Shown piece after piece: positions 12,420 through 23,512 of a DNA stretch of 64,000 nucleotides (position 1 is its first letter; each line of letters begins with the position of its first letter). Source of the stretch: Malacoraja senta (taxonomy: Eukaryota); the NCBI GenBank assembly GCA_038087875.1, contig CM075995.1, forward strand, positions 4,404,001-4,468,000. The letters are read 5' to 3'. The translations under genes were made by a program, and so were the position numbers. Under the pieces are notes generated by a model. That model was given only the letters and a program-made list of their open reading frames with translations, made no database searches and was not told the DNA's origin.

Positions 12420-13200
12420 TAATGATGAGACAGAGTACAGGAAGGAGATTGAGAACCTTGTAACCTGTGTCAAGACAACAACCTTTCTCTCAATGCCAGC
12501 AAGACAAAGGAGATAGTGATCAACATCAGGAAGCAAAGCGGTACCGATACATTGACGGCACCAAAGTAGAAATGGTTGAAAGCTTCAAGTTCCAAGGAGT
12601 AAAATCACCAGCAACATGGCCTTGATTAGCCATATAGAAGCAACGATCAAGAAAGCACACCAACGCCTCTACTTCCGTAGAACACATAGGAAGATTGGCA
12701 TGTCCCCAACAACTCTCACCAACTTAGAACTTTGCTGTAGAAAACATTTTACCGGGATGCATCACAGCTTGGTTTGGGAACAGCTCCATCCAAGACCGCA
12801 AGAAATTGAAACGAATTGGGGTCGCATCCCAGACCATCACACAAACCAATCTCCCATCCATCGACTCTGTTTATATCTCACGCTGCCTCGGCAAGGCCAG
12901 CAGCATGATTAATGATGAGTCGCACCCTCTCCACTCCCTCTTCTCCCCTCTACTTCAGGAAAGAGGTACAGAAGTGTGAAAACACATACCTCCAGTTTCA
13001 GGGACAGCTTCTTCCCAGCTGTTATCGGGCAACTGAACCATCCTACCAACAACTAGAGACTTTATCTTGCACTATACATTATTCCCTTTATCCTGGTTCT
13101 GTACACTGGGGACGGCTTGATTGTAATCATATATAATCTTTCTGCTGACTGTATAGTGCGCAGCAAAAAGCTTTTCACTGTACAATAAACTAAACTAAAC
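12420..13200 (+). mobile_element. Rex1/Babar-type LINE 3' fragment (continues from 9515-9577)
   Basis: KKAHQRLYF motif, shared 3' UTR and (CTAAA)n tail; similar copy at 14325-14900. Confidence 0.75.
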
Positions 13201-13795
13201 TTGTAGGTCAGATGAAATGCGAGGGTTTTGGAGCATTATTTTAAGATTGTACCACTTTGTTCTGACTTCATTAATGGAAATCGTTATTCTATATCTATCT
13301 TATTAATTTCCTCCACATTTCAAATGTCTCAATTAGATCACCCATCAATCATCTAAGCTTTTGAAAGTAACAGTTAAATTAATGGAACTTCTAAATTTGG
13401 AATTCATATTTTCATCCTTCAAACCCCGGCATCTCTCCGGTGGAGATACACAAAATGCTGGAGTAACTCAGCAGGTCAGGCAACGGTCAGGTCAGGAGAA
13501 AAGGAATAGGCGACGTTTGGGGCAGAACCCTTTTTCAGACCTGAAACGCCACCGATTCCGTTTCTCCAGAGATGCTGCCTGAACCATCTCTCCAGAGATG
13601 CTGTATAAACCAGCATCTGCAGTTCCCTCCTACACATCTCTCTGGGCCGCACCTCGTCCAAGGCCAATGTAAACATCCAGACTCGGTCAGGTACCCACAG
13701 AGGGATTTGTAATGCAAATCAACATGTCTTCATGTGATAATAAATTACACTTTGAAATATGACACAGCTAAACAGCAACAAATGTTAGCACGTAC

Positions 13796-13847
13796 CAGTC
13801 CATCTTTTAGCAGTGGCTTTGTCTTCTTTATTCCAATCTGGATATAA
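13796..13847 (-). CDS. DCDC2: DCDC2 coding exon 2 (52 nt)
   Basis: Acceptor ttcttctttccag, phase compatible with exon 1, reading (D)YIQIGIKKTKPLLKDGL (compare human NYLDIGEIKKRPMEV), donor GTACGT. Confidence 0.85.
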
Positions 13848-16800
13848 CTGGAAAGAAGAACATGCGTGGTTACTTGCTTTTCTTCATGTCAAGTCAAGTT
13901 TATTTGTCACATACACATACAAGATGTGCGGTGAAATGAAAGTGGCAATGCCTGCGGATTGTGCAAAAAACTACAGAACAGAATAGAACAGAGTCAGTAT
14001 TTACATGTTAGAGAAAACCCCCCAACAATTTTAAAAAGACACATCACAACAGTAATTAGTACAGTAAATTGGTCCCTGGTGAGATAAGAGTTTACAGTCC
14101 AGATGGCCTGTGGGAAGAAATTCCGTCTCAACCTCTCTGTTTTCACGGCATGACAGTGGAGGCGTTTGCCTGACCATAGCAGCTGGAACAGTCTGTTGCT
14201 GGGGTGGTAGGGGTCCCCCATAATGTCCATATCAGTGAGTGAAAGCATTTTATAATAAAGTACAGTGATATCAGAGGGAAACATGAGATGTTTTCCAATC
14301 TCTCTGGTTCTTTGAGGTACATAAGAATGATGGTGCCGAAGTGGAGATGGTTGAAAGCTTCAAGTTCCTCGGAATAAATGTCACCAGTAATTCGTTCTGG
14401 ATCAGCTACATCGACGCAACAGGCAAGAAAGCACACCATCACCCCTACTTCCTTAGGATTAAGAAGTTTAGAATGTCCCCAACAACCCTTACCAACTTCT
14501 ACAGATCCGCCATAGAAAGCATTTTATCGGAATGCATCACAGCATGGTTTAGGAACAGCTCTGTCCAAGACCACGAGAAATTGCAGGGAATTGTAAAGGG
14601 AGTCCAAACCATCACACAAACCGATCTCCTTTACATCGTTTCTTCCCAGCTGTTATCAGGCAAATGAACCCTCCTCTCACCAACTAGAGTGTGAACCTGA
14701 CCTCATAGGAGACCTTCAAACTATCTTTAATTGGACTTTGCTGGGCTTTATCTTGCATTAAATGTTATCCCCTTCATCATGTATCTGTACACTGTGGACG
14801 GCTTGATTATAATCATGTATAGTCATTTCGCTGACTGGATAGCACGCAACAAAAATCTTTTCATTGTACCTCAGTCAGCGCGACAATAATAAACTAAACT
14901 GAAAAGTAAAATAGAATCAAATGATAAATGAAACGCAAAAGATCCTTGCAGAACTATATGAAATATAATGTGGAAAAGTTTTATCATTCACTTTGGGAGA
15001 AAAGATTAAATACTGGAGGTTTTTTTTGAATGGTGAGAAATTGAGAGGTATTCAGAGGCACCTTGCTGCACATTAACCACTGACTATTTACATGCAAGTA
15101 TCACAAGAGTCATAAGGTCTTTTATTTGAGGTAAAACCAAGAACCAGAGGACATAGGTTTAAGGTGCGAAGGGCAAGATTTAATAGAATTTTAAAAATTA
15201 CTTGGACAAATACTTGGATAGAAAACGTCTAGATGGACATGGGCCAGACACGGTCAAATGGGTCAAGATTAGATGGGGCATCTTGGCTGGCATGGACAAG
15301 CTGGGCCTGTTTCCATCAGCTTGACTCTATGATTCCAATAATAAAGGTACGCACTGTTCCAAGTAGATTTGAGAACAAGAGTAGAGATGCCTTAATGCAA
15401 TTAACAAGGATTGCACCTGTATTGTTTTTCACAGGTCTGGTCTCCAAACCTAAGGAAGATATAGATGCAATAAAGGGAGTCAAGAATCAAGTGTGTTCGA
15501 TTGTCATAATAAATAGAACAATGGAATTCTTAGGTGCTGCAGCTAACATGCCCATTAATGCTATAACACAGAAATAAATACAGAATAAGCAATAATGCAA
15601 TGTTAATAATTAATGATTCATCTAATTGATTTCTATGATGGGGTGGTTTATTTTATGAGGAAGATTAAGAAGAAACTCTTTACTCAGAGGGTGGTGAATC
15701 TGTAGAATTCATGAGCACAAACAGCTGTGGAGGCCAAGTCTATGGATATTGAGTCGGAGATTGAGAGATTCTTGATTAGTACGGGTTATGGGGAGAAGGC
15801 AGGAGAATCGGGTTGAGAGGGAAAGACAGATCAGCCATGATTGAATGATTTGATGAGCTGAATGGCCTAATTCTGCTCCTAGAACTTATGAAACATGCAA
15901 AATCCTTATGGACCTTGACAGCATGATGCAAAAATTCTGTGCTCACAGATTGGGATGTCTAGAACCAGGGACCACAGTGTCAGAATAAGGAGTCAGAATA
16001 AGGGGTCAAACTTTGACATTCTCTACCCATAAGGGGAATTCTAGAAACATAGAAACATAGAAAATAGTTGCAGGAGGAGGCCATTCGGCCCTTCGAGCCA
16101 GCACCGCCATTCATTGTGATCATGGCTGATCGTCCCCAATCAATAACCCGTGCCTGCCTTCTCTACCCATATGTTTTATAGTTGAGCATATCCAAGAGAA
16201 AGGTTGATAGATTTTTCAATATTGAGGAAATTGAGGGAATGGGTTACCTGCAGGAAAGAGGGTTGAGATTAACAATCAGCCATGAAACATCAGAAAGCAG
16301 GCACACAGGGCTGAATGACCTATTCCTGTTTTTATTCCCATCTTGCTATATAGAACTAACTATAGTTTCTTTATGTTGCATCCTTGACATGGATTTATCC
16401 ATTAACACCCCTCCTTCCACACGGTCACAGGGAGAACATACAAACTCTGTACAGAAAGCACCCGTAGTCAGGGTCTCTGGCACTGTTGCGCCACTATGTC
16501 GCCCGTTCTTCTGAATCACCTCATATATTTCCACTTTGTACTCCATCTGCTCTGTTGACCTGACCACTCATATTTCCACTTTATCATCAGTAAGCTCGGA
16601 AATATTGCAATTAGAGCCCTCATTCAAATCATTGACATTGATTATGAATAGCTGGGGTCCAAGTGCCAATCGGTGCAGTACCCGACTAGTCATAGCCTAC
16701 ATCCTGTTACAGCCTGCATGCCATTATCAGGCAACTGAATCATCCTACCACAACTAGAGAGCAGTACTGAACTACTATCTACCTCATTGGTGACCCTCAG

Positions 16801-17050
16801 GCTGGCTTTGATCGGACTTTACCAGCTTTGCCTTGCGCTAAATTATATTCCCTTATCATGTATCTGTACACTGTAAATGGCTCGATTGTAATCATGTATA
16901 GTCTTTCAGCTGACTGGTTGGCACGCAAGAATTTTTTTTCACTGTACCTGACAATATACTAAACTGAACTAAACATGAGATCTAAATTACGCACATGAAA
17001 GGAAAAAATTAACTTTCTCTCTTCGTACTATCGTAATTTGTAAAGGTTAA

Positions 17051-17609
17051 AGGGCCTGTCCCACCAGCATGCGATTGCATGCGTCTAGCGCGACCAAACG
17101 TGGTCGCTTGAGGTGTACGCGCGGGGCCAGTCCCACTTCGAACCGCGGAGGCATATGGAGTTGTGCGGGGCTGGTCCCGAGATCATACTCACCAATCAGC
17201 TGGGCGGCAGGATGCGGGCCGACTGAATTTGGACGTCGCACGGCATCGGGCGGTGACGTCGTCACGCAACGGCACGCCGGGCGGTGACGTCATCGCGCAG
17301 CGCTACGCGCTAGGCGTACACCATCAAGACGCTGCGTACGACGTCGAGACGCTGCGTACGACGTCGAGACGCTGCGTACGCCCGTCGAGACGCTGCGTAC
17401 GCCCTCAATGCACCTGCGGGCTGACAGGCAGTTGGCGCGCGGGATTTTCGAACAGTGCAAGATTTTTGGACCCCCGCGCGATGTCGGGACCAGCCCCGCA
17501 CAACTCTGTACGCCTCCGCCGATCGGTGGGACCGGCCCCCCGTACGCCTCAAGCGACCACGTTTGGTCGCGCTAGACGCATGCAATCGCGTGCTGGTGGG
17601 ACAGGCCCT
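17051..17609. mobile_element. PIF/Harbinger-type MITE
   Basis: Long TIRs starting AGGGCCTGTCCCACCAGCA, TAA TSD on both sides, CpG-rich, internal 18-bp tandem repeat. Confidence 0.9.
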
Positions 17610-18687
17610 TAACGGTGGTAAAGTTACTGTAGGGATGCACAATTTTAAAAAATAACCTAAACATTGGCATTGTAAAATTGAAACAGTTTTAATTCACTGG
17701 CAGTCTTGAAAAACATACCAGCCTTTTGTTCAAGAACAGAACATGGATTACATGGATAGGTCAGGTTTAGAGGGATTATGGGCCAAGCGCAGGCAAGTAG
17801 GACTAGAGCAGATGGGATATGTTGGCCGATGTGGGCAAGTTGGGCCGAAGGGCCTGTTTCCACACTGTATCACTCTTTGACTCCATAACAGAACCGGCAT
17901 GAACAACAACATATTTACAAGATGAATTGGCAACTGAATGCACATTGTTTGGCTCTTGAGAATAACTGTCGTACTTGGACTTCGCTATTATGGTGACAAT
18001 TATTAATTTTGCAGGTAATTTAATTTAGAAATAGATATATTGAATGAGGAGATAGATAAATATTTGAGAGATGGAGGAATTGAGGGTTAAGGGGAACTGG
18101 CACAGAAGTGTTGATCTATATATGAGTTCATCTATTGATTAGTACCCCTGAGTGTAAGGGGTTATGAGGAGTAGGCCTGAGAATGGGGTTGAGAGGGAAA
18201 GATAGATCAACCACGAATGAATGGCAGAGTAGACTAGATGGGCCAAATGGCCTAATTCTGCTCCTATCACAGGAACTTATGAACATACTCTAATATACTA
18301 ATGTCATTTTAGAGTATAACACCTCAAAGCGACTTTATTCAAATTAATGTTAGGAACACTGAACTTCCATTTCATTGTGTTCTTTACATTGTTTTGTTCA
18401 ACTTTGTGGGTTAATTTATTTCCAGTTCAAACAACGTGTGTTTGTTGCTGCAACACTGCTATGGACTCACTTCACTAGGTTTTCTGAATGGCGGAACGCA
18501 CTTGGAACCCGACGACTTTAGTTAAACCCATCCATTTTACACGAACAAAGTCTGAAACTTTTTTTTTGACAAAGACGCTGACTTTGTACTTGACCCACTA
18601 AAATGGCAATAAATCATTACTATAGATGATAATGGTTAAATTACATGTTTCCAAGTGACATAAATCCCTCTGGGCATTGAAAATCCT

Positions 18688-18880
18688 GAAGATAGACGGA
18701 AAAAGCTGGAGTAACTCAGCGGGACAGGCAGCATCTCTGGAGAGAAGGAATGGGTAACGTTTCGGGTCAAGACTGCTCTTCAGACTGAAGAAGGGTCTCG
18801 ACCTGAAATGTCACCCATTCCTTCTGCCCAGAGATGCTGCCTGTCCCGCTGAGTTACTCCAGCTTTTTCTGTCTATCTTC
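18688..18880. repeat. Palindromic Penelope pLTR-derived unit (representative; similar units near 25525, 31812, 44343, 56325, 56777, 57489)
   Basis: ~95-bp arms inverted about cttcagactgaag (18778-18790). Confidence 0.85.
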
Positions 18881-20749
18881 GGTTTAAGCCAGCTTTTGCC
18901 GTATATTTTTTTTCTCTCTCTCTCTGCTTAACAGAGCAACAGAACAAAAACAGCAGTCAGCAGAAATCATGTTTGGAGCCAGTGTATTACATGGGCCACT
19001 TTGAAAAGTATTCGATTGTTAGAATGTGGATGATGAGGAATTTCTTTAGACTGAGGGTAGAATTGATTGCCACAGATAGCTTTGGAGACCAAGACATTGG
19101 GTATTTTTAAAGTAGATGTTGATAGATTCTTGATTCGTAAGGGCGTCAGAGGAGAAGGCAGGAGAATGGGGTTAAGAAGGAAAAATAGATCAGCCATGAT
19201 CGAAGGGCGGAGTAGACTCGATGGGCTGAATGGCCTAATTCCGCTCCTTTGTCTTACATTTTTGGGTATTCTCAATATTTAACTGAATCTAAATATTGTG
19301 CATTAACAGTGCATAATATATGTCCCTTCATATAAAGATATAGGCAAGCACAGATGTATGAATGCACATAATATGGTGCTTCTTAATAGCTATTAAAATA
19401 ATATTGTTTATATTGTACAAATAGCAGGGGTCTGAATTTTTTTTTCCACCATTTACAGTTTAACTTTATTTAAATTTAATGTGAATGGACCTAACCCTAA
19501 CCATTTACTGTTTTAGACAATAGACAATAGGTGCAGGAGTAGGACAATTCGGCCCTTCGAAACAGCACCGCCATTCAATATGATCATGACTGATCATTCC
19601 CAATCAGTATCCCGTTCCTGCCTTCTCCCCATATCCCTTGACTCCACTATCTTTAAGAGCTCTATCTAACTCTCTCTTGAAAGCATCCAGAGAATCGGCC
19701 TCCACTGCCTTTTGAGGCAGAGAATTCCACAGACTCACAACTCACTGGGTGAAAAAGTTTTTCCTCATCACTGTTCTAAATGGCTTACCTCTTATTCTTA
19801 AACTGTGGCCCCATTTGCTTCATTGTAATTAAGTGTGAATAAATCTTATTTAGTACTGTAGTATGTATAATATATAACAGTGCATGAATAACAGTGCATA
19901 CCCATTTACATTTTATGTCGATTTTAATTTAGTGTGGATAGATCTAAAATCTAAGAACTATAATATGTATAATATATAACAGTGCATGTAAAACAGTGCA
20001 TAATAGTGCGTAACCATTTACAGTTTTTGTTTATTTTAATTTAATGTGAATAGATCCTAACCCTAACCCTTTACAGTTTTTGTATATCTAAATTCAGTAG
20101 AGATCTTATTTCTAAGTGCTGCAGTATGTGTAAACGGGATGCATCACAGCTCGGTTTGGGACCAGTCCATCCAAAACCGCAAGATATTGTAGCGAATTGT
20201 GGACGCAGCCCAGACCATCACACAAACCAACCTCCCTTCCATTGACTCTATTTATACCTAGGTCATAGCATCAGAGAACATAGGTGCAGGAGTAGGCCAT
20301 TCGGCCCTTCGAGCCAGCACCGTCATTCAATCTGATCATGGCTGATCATCCAGAATCAGTACCCCGTTCCTGCTTTCTCCCCATAATCCCTTGATTCCGT
20401 TCGCCCCAAGAGCTATATCTTGAATACATCCATTGAATTGGCCTCCACTGCCTGCTGTGGCAAATAACTAAACTGTTAAACTAAACTGAATATTAGGGTC
20501 TCGACCCGAAACGTCGCCAATTCCTTCTCTCCATAGATGCTGCCTCGCCTGCTGAGTTACTCCAGCATTTTGTGTCTACCTTGAATAATGCATTATAAAG
20601 TGCATGTATAACAGTGCATGACCCTTGCAGTTTCTGTTGATTTTAAGTCAGCGTGGATTGATCTCATAAGGACTGTAAAGTATAGTATATGCTGATTTCC
20701 AGTCACATAGAAGTAGATGGGTTAACTAGCGGTTCACACATTCACTCAC

Positions 20750-21036
20750 TCGAGTTTCTTGAACTTCTCCTTGCCTCCCGCCACGTACTGCTTGCCGCTG
20801 TCCAGCTCCTGCAGCTGGTAAACGCGGTGTCCCTGCTGCGGGGTGTAGATGTTGCGGACGGCGCCGAACGGCGGCTCCAGCCCGTTGGTCACCTCCTTGA
20901 GGAACGCCTCGAACGTGGACATCCGCCGCTCGTTGATCACGAACTTTCTGCCGGCGAAGAAGGGGTCCCCGTTGCGGTAAACCCGCACACTCTTCACCGC
21001 CGGCTGCGACAGAAAGCTCGGCTTGGCCGCTGCCAT
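20750..21036 (-). CDS. DCDC2: Doublecortin domain-containing protein 2, first coding exon (first DCX domain)
   Basis: ATG at 21036. Translates MAAAKPSFLSQPAVKSVRVYRNGDPFFAGRKFVINERRMSTFEAFLKEVT...PFGAVRNIYTP...YVAGGKEKFKKL, matching the vertebrate DCDC2 N-terminus. Ends phase 2 at a GA|GTGAGT donor. Confidence 0.95.
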
Positions 21037-21265
21037 AGCCGGCGTTGGAGGGACTGGGGTACCGGGGAGAAGTGAGACGGGGAGGTAGGGGAGAGAGGGC
21101 AAGGGCAAAATACTTCTCTACCTGGCCGCCGCGGTCAGATGGGCCGATTGGTGTTACATTTGGGATTGCAGGGGCCCGGGGGGGGAAGCGTTGCGGGAAG
21201 CGGCCGGAGTTGCCACTCACTCGGTGGGGAAATGTATCCACTGCTTTGAACTGCAACACTCCGCC

Positions 21266-21312
21266 GTGTCCCGGGCAACTGTGCATGTGCGTTCCAGCGT
21301 CCCCAAGGCAAC
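21266..21312. promoter_or_regulatory. Two RFX X-box-like motifs in the GC-rich DCDC2 promoter region
   Basis: GTGTCCCGGGCAAC (21266-21279) and GTCCCCAAGGCAAC (21299-21312). DCDC2 is a ciliary gene known to be RFX-regulated in mammals. Confidence 0.55.
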
Positions 21313-21374
21313 GCGACGCCGTGGAGCTCGGCTGCACACGTGTGTGTGTGTGTGTGTGTGTGGAGGCTGCGCCG

Positions 21375-22452
21375 CTCCCTCTCCCCGTCCTCCTCCTCCT
21401 CCTCGTCCTCCGCTCCCTCTCCCCGTCCTCCCCCTCCTCCCCTCCCCCGTCCTCCTCCTCCTCCTCCCCCTCCTCCTCCCCCTCCTCCTCGCCCTCCTCC
21501 TCCCCCTCCTCCCCCTCCTCCCCTCCTCCTCCTCCCCTCCTCCTCCTCCTCGTCGTCCTCCTCGTCGTCCTCCTCCCCCTCCTCCCCTCCTCCTCCTCCT
21601 CCTCCTCCTCCTCGTCGTCCTCCTCGTCGTCCTCCTCCCCCTCCTCCCCTCCTCCTCCTCCTCCTCCACCTCCTCCTCCTCCTCACCCCCTCACCTCCTC
21701 TCATTCCTCACCTCTCCCCCTCACCACCTCCTCCCCCTCCTCCTCCTCCTCACCCCCCTCACCTCCCCACCTCCTCCTCCTCCTCCTCCTCCTCCTCCCC
21801 CTCCTCCTCCTCCACCTCCTCTCACCCCTCACCTCTCCCCCTCACCACCTCCTCCTCCTCCTCCTCCTCCTCCTCCTCCCGCTCCCCTCCTCTCACCCCT
21901 CACCTCTCCCCCTCACCTCCTCACCTCTCCCCCTCTCCTCCTCTCGCCACTCACCTCCGCTCCCTCCTCCCTCTCCACCTCTCCCCCTCCCCTCCTCTCC
22001 CACCTCCCTCTTCCAGCTCCCTCTTCCCACTCCCCTTCCCTCTCCCCCACCCCTTCCCCTTCCCTTTCCCTCTCCCTCCTCCCATGGAGCTCGGCCCACA
22101 CGTGTATTTGGAGGCTTGGCCATTCCTCCCTCAGACTTCCCTCTCTCTCTCTCCCCTCCCCCTTTCTTTCTCCCTTCCCCTTCTCCTCTGTCCTGCTCCC
22201 CCCATCTCCCTCTCCCACCCCTCCTCTCCCCCACTTTCCCTCGACTCCTTCCCCCTCCCTCCTCCTCCTCCTCCCCTCTCCCTCTCCTCCCCCTCTCCCT
22301 CTCTTCCTCCTCCCCCTCTCCTCTTTCCCCTCTCCTCCTCCTCCCCCTCTCCCTCTCCTCCTCCCCCCTCTCCTCTTTCCCCTCTCCACCTCCCCCCCCT
22401 CTCCTCCACCTCCTCCTCCTTCCCGCCTCCTCCTCCTCCTCCTCTCCCATCT
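21375..22452. repeat. ~1.1-kb polypyrimidine (CCT)n/(CT)n low-complexity tract, preceded by (TG)n at 21340-21361
   Basis: Direct inspection. Confidence 0.97.
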
Positions 22453-23093
22453 CTGGAGAACATGGATGTGAGGTTTGTGGTCGAAACCCGTCAGAACATT
22501 CTGAGAATCTGTAGAAGGTTCGCGACTCAAAACATTACCTATCCATGTTCTTCAGAGCTACAGCCTGACCTACTGAGTTACTCCAGCACTTTGTGTCCTT
22601 TTGTGTATTTAACCAGCATCTGCAACTCTTTGTTTCTACTGTGTGGAGGCCAAGTCAGTGGGTCTTTTTAAAGCAGAGATTGATAGGTTGTCAAAGGTTA
22701 CGGGGAGAAGGCAAGTGAACAGGGTTGGGACGGAAAAATAGATCAGCCGTGATCGAATGGTGGAGCAGACTCAATGAGCCGAATGGTCTGACTCTGCTCC
22801 TCTGTCTAATAATCTTATGATTATGAAAGGTGAGGCGGCCTGGAATGTACACACTGTTCTCGGGTATGAATGGTCTGGCTACACTTGGTCACAAGTTAAT
22901 GACAAACAAATGTCTACACAGATCAGTGCGGTCGACTGCATTGTTGATATCGGTCGTGGATGATTTATTTTTCTCCGGAGACCCAAGGAACTGCAGATGC
23001 TGGAATCAACACAAAGTGCTGGAGTCTCTCAGCACATCCAGAAGACTTTATTTTTCCTCTCCAGTTTTGTAGGTTCCCGAATGGTTAATGATG

Positions 23094-23512
23094 CCTATTA
23101 TGCCTCCTGGCATGTAGGGCAGCAACGAAGGTCCTCCACTCCTGTCTGTTCTGGGCTAGCTTCTGGACACTACCCCAGGTCCCTTCCGGTGCCCAGTGCA
23201 GGGCTATTCTTGGGATGGTATCTGATTCACCTTGCATCTGTCGATAGCCCTGGAAGTCCATCACGCCCAGTAGTGTTGATTCCTTCAGTTGCTGTTTCCG
23301 TAACATGTTTGTTTTACGAGACAGGGTTGTTAGCCCTGTGCTCAACCTCCAACCTGGAGGACCAATGGATCGCTCTTCGTCTCGCCTCCACCCTTCGACC
23401 TGTCCAGCATGGGAGACCCTAACAGGAGACGAATCTCCCGCTGACATAGTTCTAGGGGTCACTGAGACACACAAGCTCCCCAACCATGACAAGGTTGCAA
23501 TCCAACGGGGAG
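23094..23512 (-). mobile_element. Internally deleted (bipartite) RTE-clade retroposon
   Basis: RTE-type 5' UTR (accttgtcatgg..ggggagcttg; ggtcctccaggttggaggttgagc..gggctaacaaccc) joined to an RTE C-terminal remnant (ALHWAPEG/WGSVQKLAQNRQEWRTFVAAL); flanking AATGATG duplication. Confidence 0.75.

Noticed and set aside
18465..18555. Possible DCDC2 exon (FRKPSE followed by GTGAGT)
   Set aside because: No good acceptor or open frame, and the wrong order relative to exon 2.
20689..21075. Antisense ORF over DCDC2 exon 1 (possible KAAG1 analogue)
   Set aside because: Explained as the antisense shadow of a GC3-rich exon; no recognisable homology.
21045..22671. Long Pro/Ser/Leu- or Gly/Glu/Arg-rich ORFs (up to 489 aa)
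   Set aside because: Artefacts of the stop-free (CCT)n tract.
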